Shown here piece after piece: positions 42,198 through 52,473 of a stretch of DNA of 64,000 nucleotides. The stretch comes from an uncultured delta proteobacterium (GTDB lineage Bacteria > Myxococcota_A > Polyangia > Polyangiales > Polyangiaceae), in NCBI GenBank assembly GCA_963716725.1, contig CAVQUB010000021.1:352001-416000 (forward strand). The letters are read 5' to 3'. The notes under the pieces are model-generated. The model was given only the letters and a program-made list of their open reading frames with translations, was not told the DNA's origin and did not search any database. Position numbers and translations under genes: made by a program. Within the stretch, counting starts at the first letter, position 1. Every line of letters begins with the position of its first letter.

Positions 42198-43835
42198 CTA
42201 GCGGGCCAAAGCACGTGCAACTGCAATGGACGTGAGCGGGTGGTACTGCCCGAAATACATCGGCGGCGGCACCAGCGACGGTTTGACGAATTTTTTCACC
42301 GCCTGGATCGCGCCCAACACACTGTACTCCGTGGTGAACACAATCCCCTTGGGAATCTCTACAAACTGCCCAAGGAGCGCGAAGTTCTTTGAACCCGCCG
42401 GCACCACCGCGGGCCGGTCGCCCTTAGCTCTGCTGAGAAACTGGCTGGTGCTGTAGGGCAGCAGGCAAGGGATGCAGGTGGAGGTGTCGAGGATCTCATT
42501 TTTCTCCCCCTCGTCCTGGTCGAACTGCAGGTGACCCAACAACTCCTCCAGAATCTCGCGACCTGTGCACTCGGGCATGGTCTTCTTCACGAACGTGCCA
42601 ATGTTGTCGCCGCCTAGTGCCGTCACCCAGATGACGCACGTATCGCGGGGTTGGTCGGGGAACAGGGGCTGGCGGTACGTGTGCAGGTGCAGGATCCACG
42701 GGGACGCTGTGATGGGCAGCGGGCTCTGACGACCCATCTGGCGCTCCACCAACCACTCGAACTTGCGCTGGAACAATCCGCCGCGAAAGGTGACGGTGAA
42801 GGTCATCATCGTGGACTGCGAGATGTCGCGCAGGAACTGGTCGGGGCGGCCGAAGTCGGGCTGCTTGGCGGCAATCTTCTTCCACAGCGTCCACGCTCCG
42901 CCCAGGTTCTGGCTGCCGACCGCGGGCTTGTCCACCGGGCGGTCATGGGCACCGAACGAGGCGTTGCTGACGATGGAGCCGATGGTCAGGAAGACGAGGT
43001 CGGTGTCGCGCACCTGGATAGAGGGCTTTGCCTTGCCGCTCTCAGTCTCGAGGTGGATGCGCTCAATCCACCTCTCCTTGCCGCCGGAGTGCATTTTGAA
43101 GTCTACGTCTGAGATCCTGCAGTTGTAGTGGAAGTTCACGCCCTTCTTCTGCATGAAGCGCAGGGCGGGCAGTATAAAAGAATGGAAGTTGGTATAGCGA
43201 GTACGCTCCAAAGCGACCATCGTGTTCATGTTTGGCATCTCGTGAAAGAAGAGGTGCATGTAGCGCTTCATCTCGACCGCTGAATGCCACGGCTGGAAGG
43301 CAAAAAGTGCCCGCCACATGTACCAGTAATTGCTGGTGAAAAAGGCTTCTCCAAAGATGTCCGTAATCTTTGCACCGTCTGGAATCAAGAACTCTGGTGT
43401 GACCAGAAGTCTTGCCATCTTCAATTTTTCAGCAGTGTTGAGACCAAGTTGATATCCGGTGTCCTTCTTACCATTCTCATGCAGAAGGCGAACGACAGTG
43501 TGAACTCTGCATTCTTCACGGTTCTTCTGATGGTCTTGTAGACACGATTCATCATCGTTGTACGGAATAATGGACCACAGTTCTTTGGTGCAGGGATATA
43601 CCTTGTCTTCAAACATGCGACTGCCTTGCATAAAGTACGCCGGTTGGTCGTTCACTATCATCTCTGAGGCATCACAGCTTCCTCCAACAAGGTCCTTGTC
43701 GCCCTTTTGCTCAAAGATATGGATATTGGATGGATTAAAGTCTGCCTTCTGGATCAAATACATTGCAGCAGCAATGGAGCCCAAGCCGAGACCATTAAGA
43801 TAAACGTTGACGGAAGAATCTTCTTTGTTTTTCAT
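42198..43835 (-). CDS. Oleate hydratase (MCRA family), divergent
   Basis: GLGLGSIAAAMYL, FAFQPWHSAVE, GDRPAVVPAGSKNFALLGQFVE and FTTEYSV motifs. Confidence 0.85.
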   Translation of the reverse strand: MKNKEDSSVNVYLNGLGLGSIAAAMYLIQKADFNPSNIHIFEQKGDKDLVGGSCDASEMIVNDQPAYFMQGSRMFEDKVYPCTKELWSIIPYNDDESCLQDHQKNREECRVHTVVRLLHENGKKDTGYQLGLNTAEKLKMARLLVTPEFLIPDGAKITDIFGEAFFTSNYWYMWRALFAFQPWHSAVEMKRYMHLFFHEMPNMNTMVALERTRYTNFHSFILPALRFMQKKGVNFHYNCRISDVDFKMHSGGKERWIERIHLETESGKAKPSIQVRDTDLVFLTIGSIVSNASFGAHDRPVDKPAVGSQNLGGAWTLWKKIAAKQPDFGRPDQFLRDISQSTMMTFTVTFRGGLFQRKFEWLVERQMGRQSPLPITASPWILHLHTYRQPLFPDQPRDTCVIWVTALGGDNIGTFVKKTMPECTGREILEELLGHLQFDQDEGEKNEILDTSTCIPCLLPYSTSQFLSRAKGDRPAVVPAGSKNFALLGQFVEIPKGIVFTTEYSVLGAIQAVKKFVKPSLVPPPMYFGQYHPLTSIAVARALAR

Positions 43836-43903
43836 TTTGGTGTACCTTTCCTTTATTTATCCTTCTCGGTAAAAATCACAAGACTGACATTGAAGAAGCG
43901 TGG

Positions 43904-45673
43904 TCAATCGCCCGTGACAAGCCCGAACTCGCGCAGCAGTGCGCCGATCTGGGTCTTGTCAAGCTTGTTCATCAGCAGGTTACGCAGGAACGCAGGCCCC
44001 GGGACGTCGATCTCCTTGCCGTCGCGTAAGCGGCCGGTCGCACCCAGAAGCATGCGGATGTCGTAGGTGGAGTTGAAGACCTCCGGCACGCCACGCTCGA
44101 CGTCAAGCAAGGTATAGACAGCTTCCATCGGCGTTCGCACGGAATACTCAGTTGTGAAGATGCAGTCGCGCTCCCTGGACTCCGCGAACTGACCAATGAA
44201 GGCGAAGTTGACCGCGCCCTCGGGCACCACGTCTGGACGATCGCCAGCCTGGCGTGGCATGAAGAAGGCCGTCACGTACGGCATCATCACCGGAATGGTG
44301 ATGGCGCCGGTTGCGGCCAGCTCAGGGATGTCCTCGACCGGTACGCCCAGATGGTAGAGCCATTCCTGGGTGATTTCCTCGCCCGTGCAGTCCTGCATGG
44401 GCTTCTTCACGTAGTCACCCGGCTTCTCGACGAACAGCCCGTAAACCCACACCACGATCTGGTCCTTGGGCTGGGCCTTGAAGTGCGGCTGTCGGTTTAC
44501 CGTCCAACTGAGCAGCCAGGATGAGTCCCTCGCGGTCACGATGCCGCCAGTCACCACCTTGCCGCTGAACGGATCGCGCTTGGCGATCTTCTGGATGTAC
44601 TTCGGGATGCGCGCATCGAGCGTGGTGACGGTGGCCGACTCCCATTTGGTCTCGGGGATGTGCGCGCCGAACACCTCCGGGCGCCCGAACGCCGGATCCT
44701 TTGCGGCGATGCGCCGCCAAAGATCCCACGCCGGTGCAGGACCCACATTGAGATTTGGCGGTGTGTGGTGGTCGCCGTTGTCGGAGTTCTCGGTGAGCGA
44801 GCCGATGGTCATGAACACCAGGTCGTCCGGGCCAAGATCGACGCCGCCTTCAACGGCGTCCCTGCGCCAGTGGATGCGCTTGGCCTGTTTGCGTCCGGGT
44901 GCGATGTCGAAGTCGACATCGGTCACCTCGGTGCCGTAATGGAACACCACGCCGTGATCAAGCAGCCACTTAACCAGCGGCAGCACCAGCGATTCGTACT
45001 GGTTGTACTTGGTGAACTTCAGCGTGGAGAAGTCCGGCATGCCTTTGATTTGGTGTATGAAACGGTGCAGGTACAGCTTCATCTCCAGCGCCGAGTGCCA
45101 CTCCTCGAAGGCAAACATCGTGCGCCAGTACAGCCAGAAATTGCTGTTCAGGAATTCCTGACCGAACACCTCATTAATGCGCTTGTTCTCCATTTCTTCG
45201 CGGGTGGCCAGGAAGAGCTTGACGATCTCTTTTTGCGCCTGCTCGCTGAGCGTGAACAGGCCGTCGGTATGCGCGTCCTCGCCCCGATTCATGGTGGCGC
45301 GCTGCAAAGAGGAGTTCGGATCGTCCTTGTCGAGCCAATAGAACTCGTCGAGTACACTGGCACCCTCGATCTCCAGCGACGGGATTGACCGGTACAAATC
45401 CCACAGGCATTCGAAGTGCTCTTCCATCTCGCGCCCGCCCCGGATGACAAAGCCCTTCTCCGGCTCCTTGATGCCGTCCAGCGCGCCACCGGGCAAGTGT
45501 TGCTGCTCCAGGATGGTGATTTGCTTGCCGGGCATCTGACCGTCGCGGATCAGAAAGGCCGCGCCCGCCAGTGCCGCCAGACCCGAGCCGACGAACCAGG
45601 CCGTTTTGTTCTCTACGCCTTTGGGTTTGCGCGGGCGGGCGAACGCTTCGTAGTTGCCGTTGCTGTAGTACAT
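43904..45673 (-). CDS. ohyA: Oleate hydratase (myosin-cross-reactive antigen)
   Basis: MYYSNGNYEAFARP, GSGLA, RGGREME, KFTKYNQYES and FTTEYSVRT motifs. Confidence 0.92.
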   Translation of the reverse strand: MYYSNGNYEAFARPRKPKGVENKTAWFVGSGLAALAGAAFLIRDGQMPGKQITILEQQHLPGGALDGIKEPEKGFVIRGGREMEEHFECLWDLYRSIPSLEIEGASVLDEFYWLDKDDPNSSLQRATMNRGEDAHTDGLFTLSEQAQKEIVKLFLATREEMENKRINEVFGQEFLNSNFWLYWRTMFAFEEWHSALEMKLYLHRFIHQIKGMPDFSTLKFTKYNQYESLVLPLVKWLLDHGVVFHYGTEVTDVDFDIAPGRKQAKRIHWRRDAVEGGVDLGPDDLVFMTIGSLTENSDNGDHHTPPNLNVGPAPAWDLWRRIAAKDPAFGRPEVFGAHIPETKWESATVTTLDARIPKYIQKIAKRDPFSGKVVTGGIVTARDSSWLLSWTVNRQPHFKAQPKDQIVVWVYGLFVEKPGDYVKKPMQDCTGEEITQEWLYHLGVPVEDIPELAATGAITIPVMMPYVTAFFMPRQAGDRPDVVPEGAVNFAFIGQFAESRERDCIFTTEYSVRTPMEAVYTLLDVERGVPEVFNSTYDIRMLLGATGRLRDGKEIDVPGPAFLRNLLMNKLDKTQIGALLREFGLVTGD

Positions 45674-45899
45674 GGGGGACTCCCTTGGTTGAGGTTGCAG
45701 CGACAGCCGTGGCGCGCGGGGTCTGCTGCGTGTAGGCGATGGCACCGACGCGGCGCTTGAACTTCGCGCCGAAGTTGAGCCCGTCCTGCACATGACATGT
45801 GCGCGACAACTCTTTCGCAGCAAGTTTACGACCGAGCCTGCGTGTGCGTCTGTGCGGTGCCGTACGTCTTCAGCCAAGCTGGAGCGCAGGCTCTGGCCA

Positions 45900-46700
45900 C
45901 CCTAGTTCGACAGCAACCGTCGTAATTCCCTGATTTGCATAGAGGCGACCCTGCCGGCTGCCACTACAACAAGGACAGTTGGGTATCTTGTGTCGGCTTC
46001 TTCAGGATCAGCGCGGCCAGGACGCCGGCCTGTTGGGTGTTGATGGCGGTGATGCCCGAGATCGGCGCCGCCTGGTTGATGCTCACGCGGTGGCGTTGAA
46101 TGCGTCGCAGCGAGCCAGTGCCTTTTCGGGACTGAGATCGCTCTTGGTTAGCTTCAGTCGCTGGCGCATCACCCGGTAGATGATCAACGCCATGAAGCAC
46201 AGCATGGCGTGCGCGCGGATCCGCTCGGCAGCCGGTGGTACACCGGAGCGATCTCGATTTCGGACTTGAGCACGCGGAACCCGCGGAACCCGCGTTCGAT
46301 GTCGGCCAGCGCCTTGTAGGGCTGCACGACCTTGGCCGGCGTCAGGTCGGCCACATTGGAAACCAGCAGCAGCTTGCCGTCCATCAGCTCGGCCTGCGCC
46401 AGTGCTGGCTCGTCCACCGTATAGCTGAACAGCTCGCTCTTCAGGTCGACCTTCACGATCCGCACCTGGTGGGCGTCACAGACCTCGTGATACAGCCGCG
46501 CCTTCGCGCCACTGCCCGACAGCTTGCGGCACCGGGCCTTCACGCCTAGGTCTTGTCCGTCGAGCTTGCCGGCCCAGTGGTTGGCCTTTTCCTGCAGCGC
46601 GGCGATGGGCTCGCGCCGCAGCACCGTCTACTCCTTCGCACTCTCTGGGTGATGCGCCATCACCAAGCGCAGTCCTTGCCAGCAACGCCCGCTTGCGCAC
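45900..46700 (-). mobile_element. IS1634-like DDE transposase remnant
   Basis: YKALADIERGFRVLKSEIEIAPVYHRL and IRAHAMLCFMAL in shifted frames; probable terminus CCTAGTTCGACA near 45,900. Confidence 0.7.
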
Positions 46701-47021
46701 AAAGCGAAGTTAGACCTGGTCAGAAGTCGACTGACCAGTGTTCAGGCGTAATGAAACCGGGTGCTAATGATGATAACAAAGATGGATCGCCGCAAACTCA
46801 TTCTGAGTACTTGAGTATCGTCGTTGTGAATGATTTAGACCTCTTTAGGCGGTGCGGGATAGATACTGTAAAATAGTTTGCGCCAGCTTTTGACCTTTTA
46901 ATGGTTAGATGCGGGGAGGGCGTTTTCGCAGGGGCGGCCGTATTTTGTCCCGGTCGGTTTGATTCTCGACCCTGTTCGCCAGAGCTCTCAGCCAAAGAAA
47001 TAGGGAAAATTTTTTAAGAAA

Positions 47022-47275
47022 TTTCTGAGCATGGTATTTCACATGGCACTAAGATACATGACCGATATTAACTACATGAAAATAATAGAAAATAATTGCT
47101 TATTTACCATCGAGTGGGAGTGACAGGAATTTTTAAAACATTGATATAAAACGATAAAATTAATCCAATTGATAATGTAATCTGCATCGTCAATGGTATT
47201 TTTCATGGTATTTCCGAGTGCTGTAAGGCAGAAAGCAGCAATACCATGAGTGGCAGATTGGCGCAATCATGGTAT
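47022..47275 (+). repeat. att site 3: left arm + core + right arm (attP-like junction)
   Basis: Core at 47109-47123; right side nearly identical to 38694-38892. Confidence 0.92.
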
Positions 47276-47384
47276 CAGCGGTCGGCACTCAGATATCGCC
47301 TTTTGAACGAGCGTGGCGTGATTATACTGGTGGGCACTGTTGATCACGGTGCCTACCCCCATTTCCGAAAGGCGTGTCCTTGTG

Positions 47385-48637
47385 TTATTTCAGTGCCTGC
47401 CAACCAGGTACGGCCTTGGTGAACTCTTCTTGAAATGCCGGACGTTTGATGTTGTCCTTTTTGACTTCGAGTGCGAAGTCACGCCAGCGAGATGGATCAC
47501 GCAGCACATCAACCAACACATGGTGGACCTTCTTCATTACCTGTGCCTTGCGGGTGTATTCCCTGCGCGTGGCGTTGGTCTTGAGGTTGCCCAGTCCTGA
47601 TATATAGTATTTTAATATTGCCTCGGGATACCTGCCTTCAAGACGCTTGGCGGTCTGCAGTTCATAGGCGCTGTCCCAAGCGTAGAGGGGGTAACGGCTT
47701 CGGGTCAGCACCGCCACCGCTTCCTCGTACTCCTTGCGGTGCATGCGGATACGAAGTTGCTCCGTGTCCCGGGCGTTTTCCAGCCGTGCAAGGATTTTCG
47801 CTTCGTAACACTTCCACTCAGTGACCGTGCATAGTTTCCCAAATGTCTTGTACTTGTCGCAGGTCAGAGAATCGATCGCCTGATCAAACTGTAGTGCCAG
47901 GTAGCGTTCACGATTGCCGGCGGATTTGACACGCTTGGCAACGAACTGACGCAATTCATCCATGCGGCCTTTTCCCTTGAGTAGTCCTGTTTCCGCGACC
48001 TCCATGGCCTTCTGTTTTTCACCGGCCTTCCAGTGGAAATCCGCCAAGTCGAAATAGTCGGTGCCAGTGGCCAGTTTACGCTGGCGCAGCTCGAGATATT
48101 TTCCACGGTCACCGAGGCGGCGATAAATGCGGCGGGCATGGTCGAGTTTCCAGTCCCCTCCCATGGTCTCGAAGGCTTGCGCCAGTGCGCGCCAATCGGC
48201 GTCGGTGTAACAGGCCGCATAGGCCAGGTCGTAGAGGTCGTCGTCAAGTCCAGCATTACCGCTTTCGATATAGGGCAGGGCATTGTCGAGAAGTTTTTGC
48301 CGGTAGTCTGAATCGATCTTTTTCGTGAAAGCCCCTGTGCGATCTCTTGCAACAGGCTCGAAGCATGGATGTCGGCATCATAATCGCCGCCACCGTATGC
48401 ATCCAGCTCGTCCAGATCTGGCGCGAGTTCGGCCCACAGGGCAAGCAGTTTTTCACTCTCGGACTGCTTCTTCCGACTGGGTGACAGGGCAGTATGCCTG
48501 TTCAGGTAGTCGAGGCACTCACGCCGGACATCGGGGCGTGAGGATGCCACGCGTACGATCAGATCGACCAGCTTTGCTTTCGGCGCGGTCTCCGGCAAAG
48601 CGGCCAGTGGATCATCCTGTTTACGTTTTCCCGCCAT
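47385..48637 (-). CDS. All-helical hypothetical protein, frameshift near 48,320
   Basis: ORFs 47864..48637 and 47385..48164 join into one protein ending ...W...VKKDNIKRPAFQEEF. Confidence 0.6.
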
Positions 48638-48646
48638 AACGAACTG

Positions 48647-49670
48647 TTACCTGGGAAGCTGAAATTGAACGATCTGGTCCAGTAACGGCAAGGCCTTTAC
48701 CCGGTACTCGTGACACAGGAGCTCGTCGGAAACCGGCTCCACCGTCGCTAAACCCATAAAGTCTGCGAAATGCACCAGCGAACGCCAGGTGTAACCGCGA
48801 CGCATTGTCTCATCGGGGGAAATTACCTGGCTCGGTGGCACTTCATCCAATAGCCGCGGAAAGGCGCCCAGGAAGGCATTTTCATAAAATGCCTGCGGTC
48901 GCCAGGCGTCACCGTAGCGGGTGAGCAGGCAAAGTGTGAACAGGAAGGCGCTCTGCATGAATCTCAACTCAGGATAGCCGTCTCTGTGTGCCCAGTTGAA
49001 CTGTTCGACATAGGCCCTGAACAATTTGGGGTAGATGGCAGTCATGCCGTCCCCTGCCTGCAGCTGGCGACAATCGCGGCTGAGGATAAATCGGCCCTTG
49101 TATTTGCGAATCAACCCCGCCAGTTCGGCCACAAGCCGGGTGACATGCAGATCGTCAAAATCCTCCTCCCGATTGATGCCGCCATATCGGGTCCGCTCCT
49201 GATATTTCTCTTTACCCAAGTAGGTCAGGGCGGCCTCGCGGCAGAAGTTGCGCGGCAGATTGCCCTTGGCGGTCGGTTTGAGGCCCTGCTCGCCGATGGC
49301 GTCGGTCAATAGCTCGAACAGGGTCAGTATTGGCGCGACCGGGTTGCTGTGGAGCACCTCCGGAAAACGGACCAGCCCCTGTGATGCGAACGGAAAATTC
49401 AGTATCCGGTGCATCTGCTCGGGCGATAAACCGTGAAACTCGTCCAGCTGCCGACGGTTTTGCTGTTGGGTAATCTGGTCTAGAAATGCCTGGGGACTCT
49501 TGCAGCGAGTTGAATTGCCGGCCTTCGAATGTTTCGCGCAAGGCTTCGGAAGTGCTTACCGCGTCAGGGTTGGATGCCGTGCTGTTCTCCTTGCCCAGGC
49601 AGCAGTGCTTGAATTTCTTTCCGCTGCCGCAAGGGCACGGATCATTGCGTCCGATGCCTGGTGTTTTTAT
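48647..49670 (-). pseudogene. SEC-C motif protein, frameshifted, start codon apparently ATA
   Basis: [23 protein letters not shown] near 49,600-49,665; frameshift near 49,495; continues into [11 protein letters not shown]. Confidence 0.65.
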
Positions 49671-50842
49671 ATCACGATCTGCACAGAGTCGATTTCATGC
49701 CACGATAGTACAGTGACATCGGAACGTGTCTGTCGACTGTCGCCGCCGTAAACCAGCCATGCCTGTCCGGCGGTTCCGCCTGCCAGATTTTGCCAGAACT
49801 CCAGCCCTTTGAAGTAATCCTTGTTGATGGTTTGCCCAGATTTGATTTCCAGCGGTGACAGATGGGTTCCGTGGTCAATCAGCAGATCCACCTCGTGTCC
49901 CGAACGATCACGCCAGAAGTAGAGGTTCGAGGTTTCGCCTGCGTTATAACGGGCCTTAAGCAATTCACTGATAACCCAGGTTTCAAACAAGGCACCCCGT
50001 TGAACGTGGGTAGCCAATTGCTCGTTGTTTTGGATGCCGAGGAGCCAGGTGGCAAGACCCGTATCCAGAAAATAGAGTTTGGGTGTTTTGACTAAACGCT
50101 TGTTGAAATTCTGGTGATGCGGTGGCAACAGATGCACGATATAACTGGCTTCCAGTACGGATATCCAGGCTTTGGCTGTGTTGTGTGTAATGCCACAGTC
50201 ATTGGCCAGCGAGGAAAGATTGAGGAGTTGTCCGGTCCGGCCCGCGCACAATTTTAGAAAGCGTTGAAATGTGCCCAGATCCTGTACCTTGATCAATTGC
50301 CGGACGTCTCGTTCCAGGTAAGTGCGCACATAGTTTCCATACCAGGGGTGCGGTTCGAGTCCGCGGTCGAAGATGGGGGGATACGCCCCATCAAAGAGTA
50401 TCTTGTCGACGCTCTTGCCAATTTTTCCTGAGCCTTGTAACTCGCCGTAGGTCATGGGTAACAGCGTCAACAATGCGGCTCTGCCTGCCAGACTCTGCGT
50501 GATGCCTGTTAACAGACCAAACTGCTGAGATCCCGTCAGAATAAATTCGCCGGGTTGTTGCCTTTCATCGACGCGTGTCTGTAGATAGGAAAACAGGGCA
50601 GGGCAGCGTTGCGCCTCGTCCAGGATGGCGCCCCCACTGAATTGATTCAAAAAACCACGCGGATCCGTTTCTGCAAATTCCCTTTGGTCGAGATCTTCGA
50701 GTGATACATAACGGTGGTCGGGAAAGGCATGCCTCACCAGAGTGGACTTGCCAGACTGGCGTGGACCTGTGACCACAACCACTGGATAGCCGCTGGCGAA
50801 GTGTTGAAGTCTGGATTCTGCGTTCCGGGGGATGTAGGTCAC
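49667..50842 (-). CDS. AAA_14 ATPase with DUF4143 (PD-(D/E)XK-like) C-terminus
   Basis: [27 protein letters not shown] and EVDLL...LEIK motifs. Confidence 0.9.
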   Translation of the reverse strand: MTYIPRNAESRLQHFASGYPVVVVTGPRQSGKSTLVRHAFPDHRYVSLEDLDQREFAETDPRGFLNQFSGGAILDEAQRCPALFSYLQTRVDERQQPGEFILTGSQQFGLLTGITQSLAGRAALLTLLPMTYGELQGSGKIGKSVDKILFDGAYPPIFDRGLEPHPWYGNYVRTYLERDVRQLIKVQDLGTFQRFLKLCAGRTGQLLNLSSLANDCGITHNTAKAWISVLEASYIVHLLPPHHQNFNKRLVKTPKLYFLDTGLATWLLGIQNNEQLATHVQRGALFETWVISELLKARYNAGETSNLYFWRDRSGHEVDLLIDHGTHLSPLEIKSGQTINKDYFKGLEFWQNLAGGTAGQAWLVYGGDSRQTRSDVTVLSWHEIDSVQIVI

Positions 50843-50886
50843 GGTGGTTTCTGGTTGCTTTACACGCCTGTATTATGAGAGATAAT

Positions 50887-50917
50887 GGCTAATTGTCAAT
50901 GTTATTGCCAATTAGCC
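50887..50917. promoter_or_regulatory. Palindromic operator upstream of the AAA ATPase
   Basis: GGCTAATTGTCAAT-gtt-ATTGCCAATTAGCC (13/14 inverted match). Confidence 0.5.
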
Positions 50918-50936
50918 TATATTGCGCCTGGTACGT

Positions 50937-51001
50937 TGATCCATTACCTGTAGGAGCAGGAGGGGATACAGCTGAAAGTCAACGCACGGAAGGTGGCTCA
51001 G
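50937..51001 (+). pseudogene. Remnant 3' end of the antitoxin gene seen intact at 62915..63241
   Basis: IHYL*EQEGIQLKVNARKVA versus INYLQEQEGVRLEVKARKVA*. Confidence 0.8.
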
Positions 51002-51053
51002 GGTGCTGTGTGGCAGTGTTCAATCGGCAATTTTTTCGAGCATTTTCAAGGAT

Positions 51054-51307
51054 TTTCTGAGCATGGTATTTTTCATGGTATTACCAATGAGCAGGAGAAT
51101 AAGCAATTGAATATAAAAGATAAAAATGGCCTGTTTACAATCGAGTGGGAGTGACTGGGATTTTTAACCTATTGATTATTAAAAATAAAAAAGATCTAAT
51201 TTATAATATAATCCGCATCATCAATGGCATATTTCATGGTATTTGTTCCGTGTGGCAAGGCAGAACACATCGATACCATGATAATAAAATTGAGTTTGGC
51301 ATGGTAT
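51054..51307 (+). repeat. att site 4: left arm + core + right arm
   Basis: Core at 51140-51154; arm boxes at 51062, 51223, 51273 and 51300. Confidence 0.92.
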
Positions 51308-51334
51308 CAGGGCAATCGAGCGGCGTATTCGTAA

Positions 51335-51496
51335 CTATTTGTCTTCGTGCCAGACAGTATGCCTCTAACGACAGAGGCACACGTTTCCACAAGTGATCGG
51401 TCAATGGAAAACATGATCTTCGGCGAGGTGCCGGATATCGAGCCGATTCTGGTGGTGCTCCAGACGCTTCAGGAAGAAATCAATCATGACGAGTGA
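51335..51496 (+). pseudogene. C-terminal remnant of an AbiEii/AbiGii-type nucleotidyltransferase
   Basis: MENMIFGEVPDIEPILVVLQTLQEEIN* resembles the M..MIFGE.P....IL..L..LE..IN tail of that family. Confidence 0.5.
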
Positions 51497-51509
51497 TGCG
51501 ATCATGAAG

Positions 51510-51873
51510 GCCTGTATGTGGGAGTAGCGTTGAGTCATCCGAGTAGAGTTTTCTGCCAGTCACAAGGGCGGGGGATGACAGGGATGACAGGGATGACTTT
51601 GGCGGAGCCTTCAGCATGATGCTCAAGCGCCCGTTTCATCTCAATGTCGTAGGCGTAGTGAGAATGCAGAAAGTCTGAACTCACGAGCAGCAGCACGATG
51701 TTGACCGCCGACTCCTGTTGGTTGCTGATCTCTCAGTCGAATTCGTCACCTGGGCCGATCCGGCGGTCTTGCCAGATATCAATCAGATCATCCCGTCGAA
51801 GAGCTGCAAGGTGCTTTCCCACCTCTTTCCGCAGATCTTCATCTTGATGTGAGTACAACGTACTTTCGCCCAT
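51510..51873 (-). pseudogene. TIR domain pseudogene
   Basis: YSHQDEDLRKEVGKHLAALRR..IDIWQDRRIGPGDEFD*EI..IVLLLVSSDFLHSHYAYDIEMKRAL..VIPVI..RPCDW; stops at 51733 and 51535. Confidence 0.85.
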
Positions 51874-52066
51874 CAGTGTGGTCATTTCACAGCGCTCTTG
51901 CGCTGAGCTTCTTGACGCAGGTCAGTGCATAATTGGGTTGATTACATTAGATTATATACGATTCTATCCCGTTTTATTGGACAGGGCGTCACGGCAGTAG
52001 CTTTGATGGTCGTACCTGTCGAAATCGCTTTTTATTGAAAATCGGTTGGAGCCAGAGGGCGAACAA

Positions 52067-52249
52067 ATGATTGAAGACCGCTGGTTGTCGGTAGAGGAAA
52101 TCGCGGCTTATCTCGGGGTCAAGCGCGACACCGTCTACAAGTGGATCGAGCGCAAGGCCATGCCGGCTCACAAGGTTGGCCGACTATGGAAATTTAGAAA
52201 AGACGAAGTCGACCAATGGGTCAGGCACGGCGGCGCGAGCGAGGGCTAA
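52067..52249 (+). CDS. Excisionase-like helix-turn-helix (HTH_17) protein
   Basis: DRWLSVEEIAAYLGVKRDTVYKWI...MPAHKVGRLWKF. Confidence 0.85.
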   Translation: MIEDRWLSVEEIAAYLGVKRDTVYKWIERKAMPAHKVGRLWKFRKDEVDQWVRHGGASEG

Positions 52250-52473
52250 TGCATGTGTGACAAGGTGACAACAGAGGAAGAGGTGAAGGATCGAATGGCT
52301 GAAAAGCAGGGTGCGGATAGGTTTGTGAACGCGATATTCACGATGACCATACCGTCGATGCTGCCAGCCTGGGCCGGGAGAGGCGCATGCGCAATGAATC
52401 AATGCAGGGTTGGCCGTGATAGCGCTGCGACTGGTACGAGTTCCGTGAACTCACATAGAGAAGAGCGACCAAC

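Larger units (their letters stand above)
41718..47123. mobile_element. Cassette 2 (5,406 bp): two oleate hydratases + IS remnant
   Basis: Bounded by cores at 41703 and 47109. Confidence 0.7.
47124..51154. mobile_element. Cassette 3 (4,031 bp): AAA/DUF4143, SEC-C and helical-protein operon
   Basis: Bounded by cores at 47109 and 51140. Confidence 0.8.

Noticed and set aside
46273..46292. 9-bp duplication CGCGGAACC as a target-site duplication
   Set aside because: Adjacent tandem copy inside a decayed transposase; slippage is the simpler explanation.
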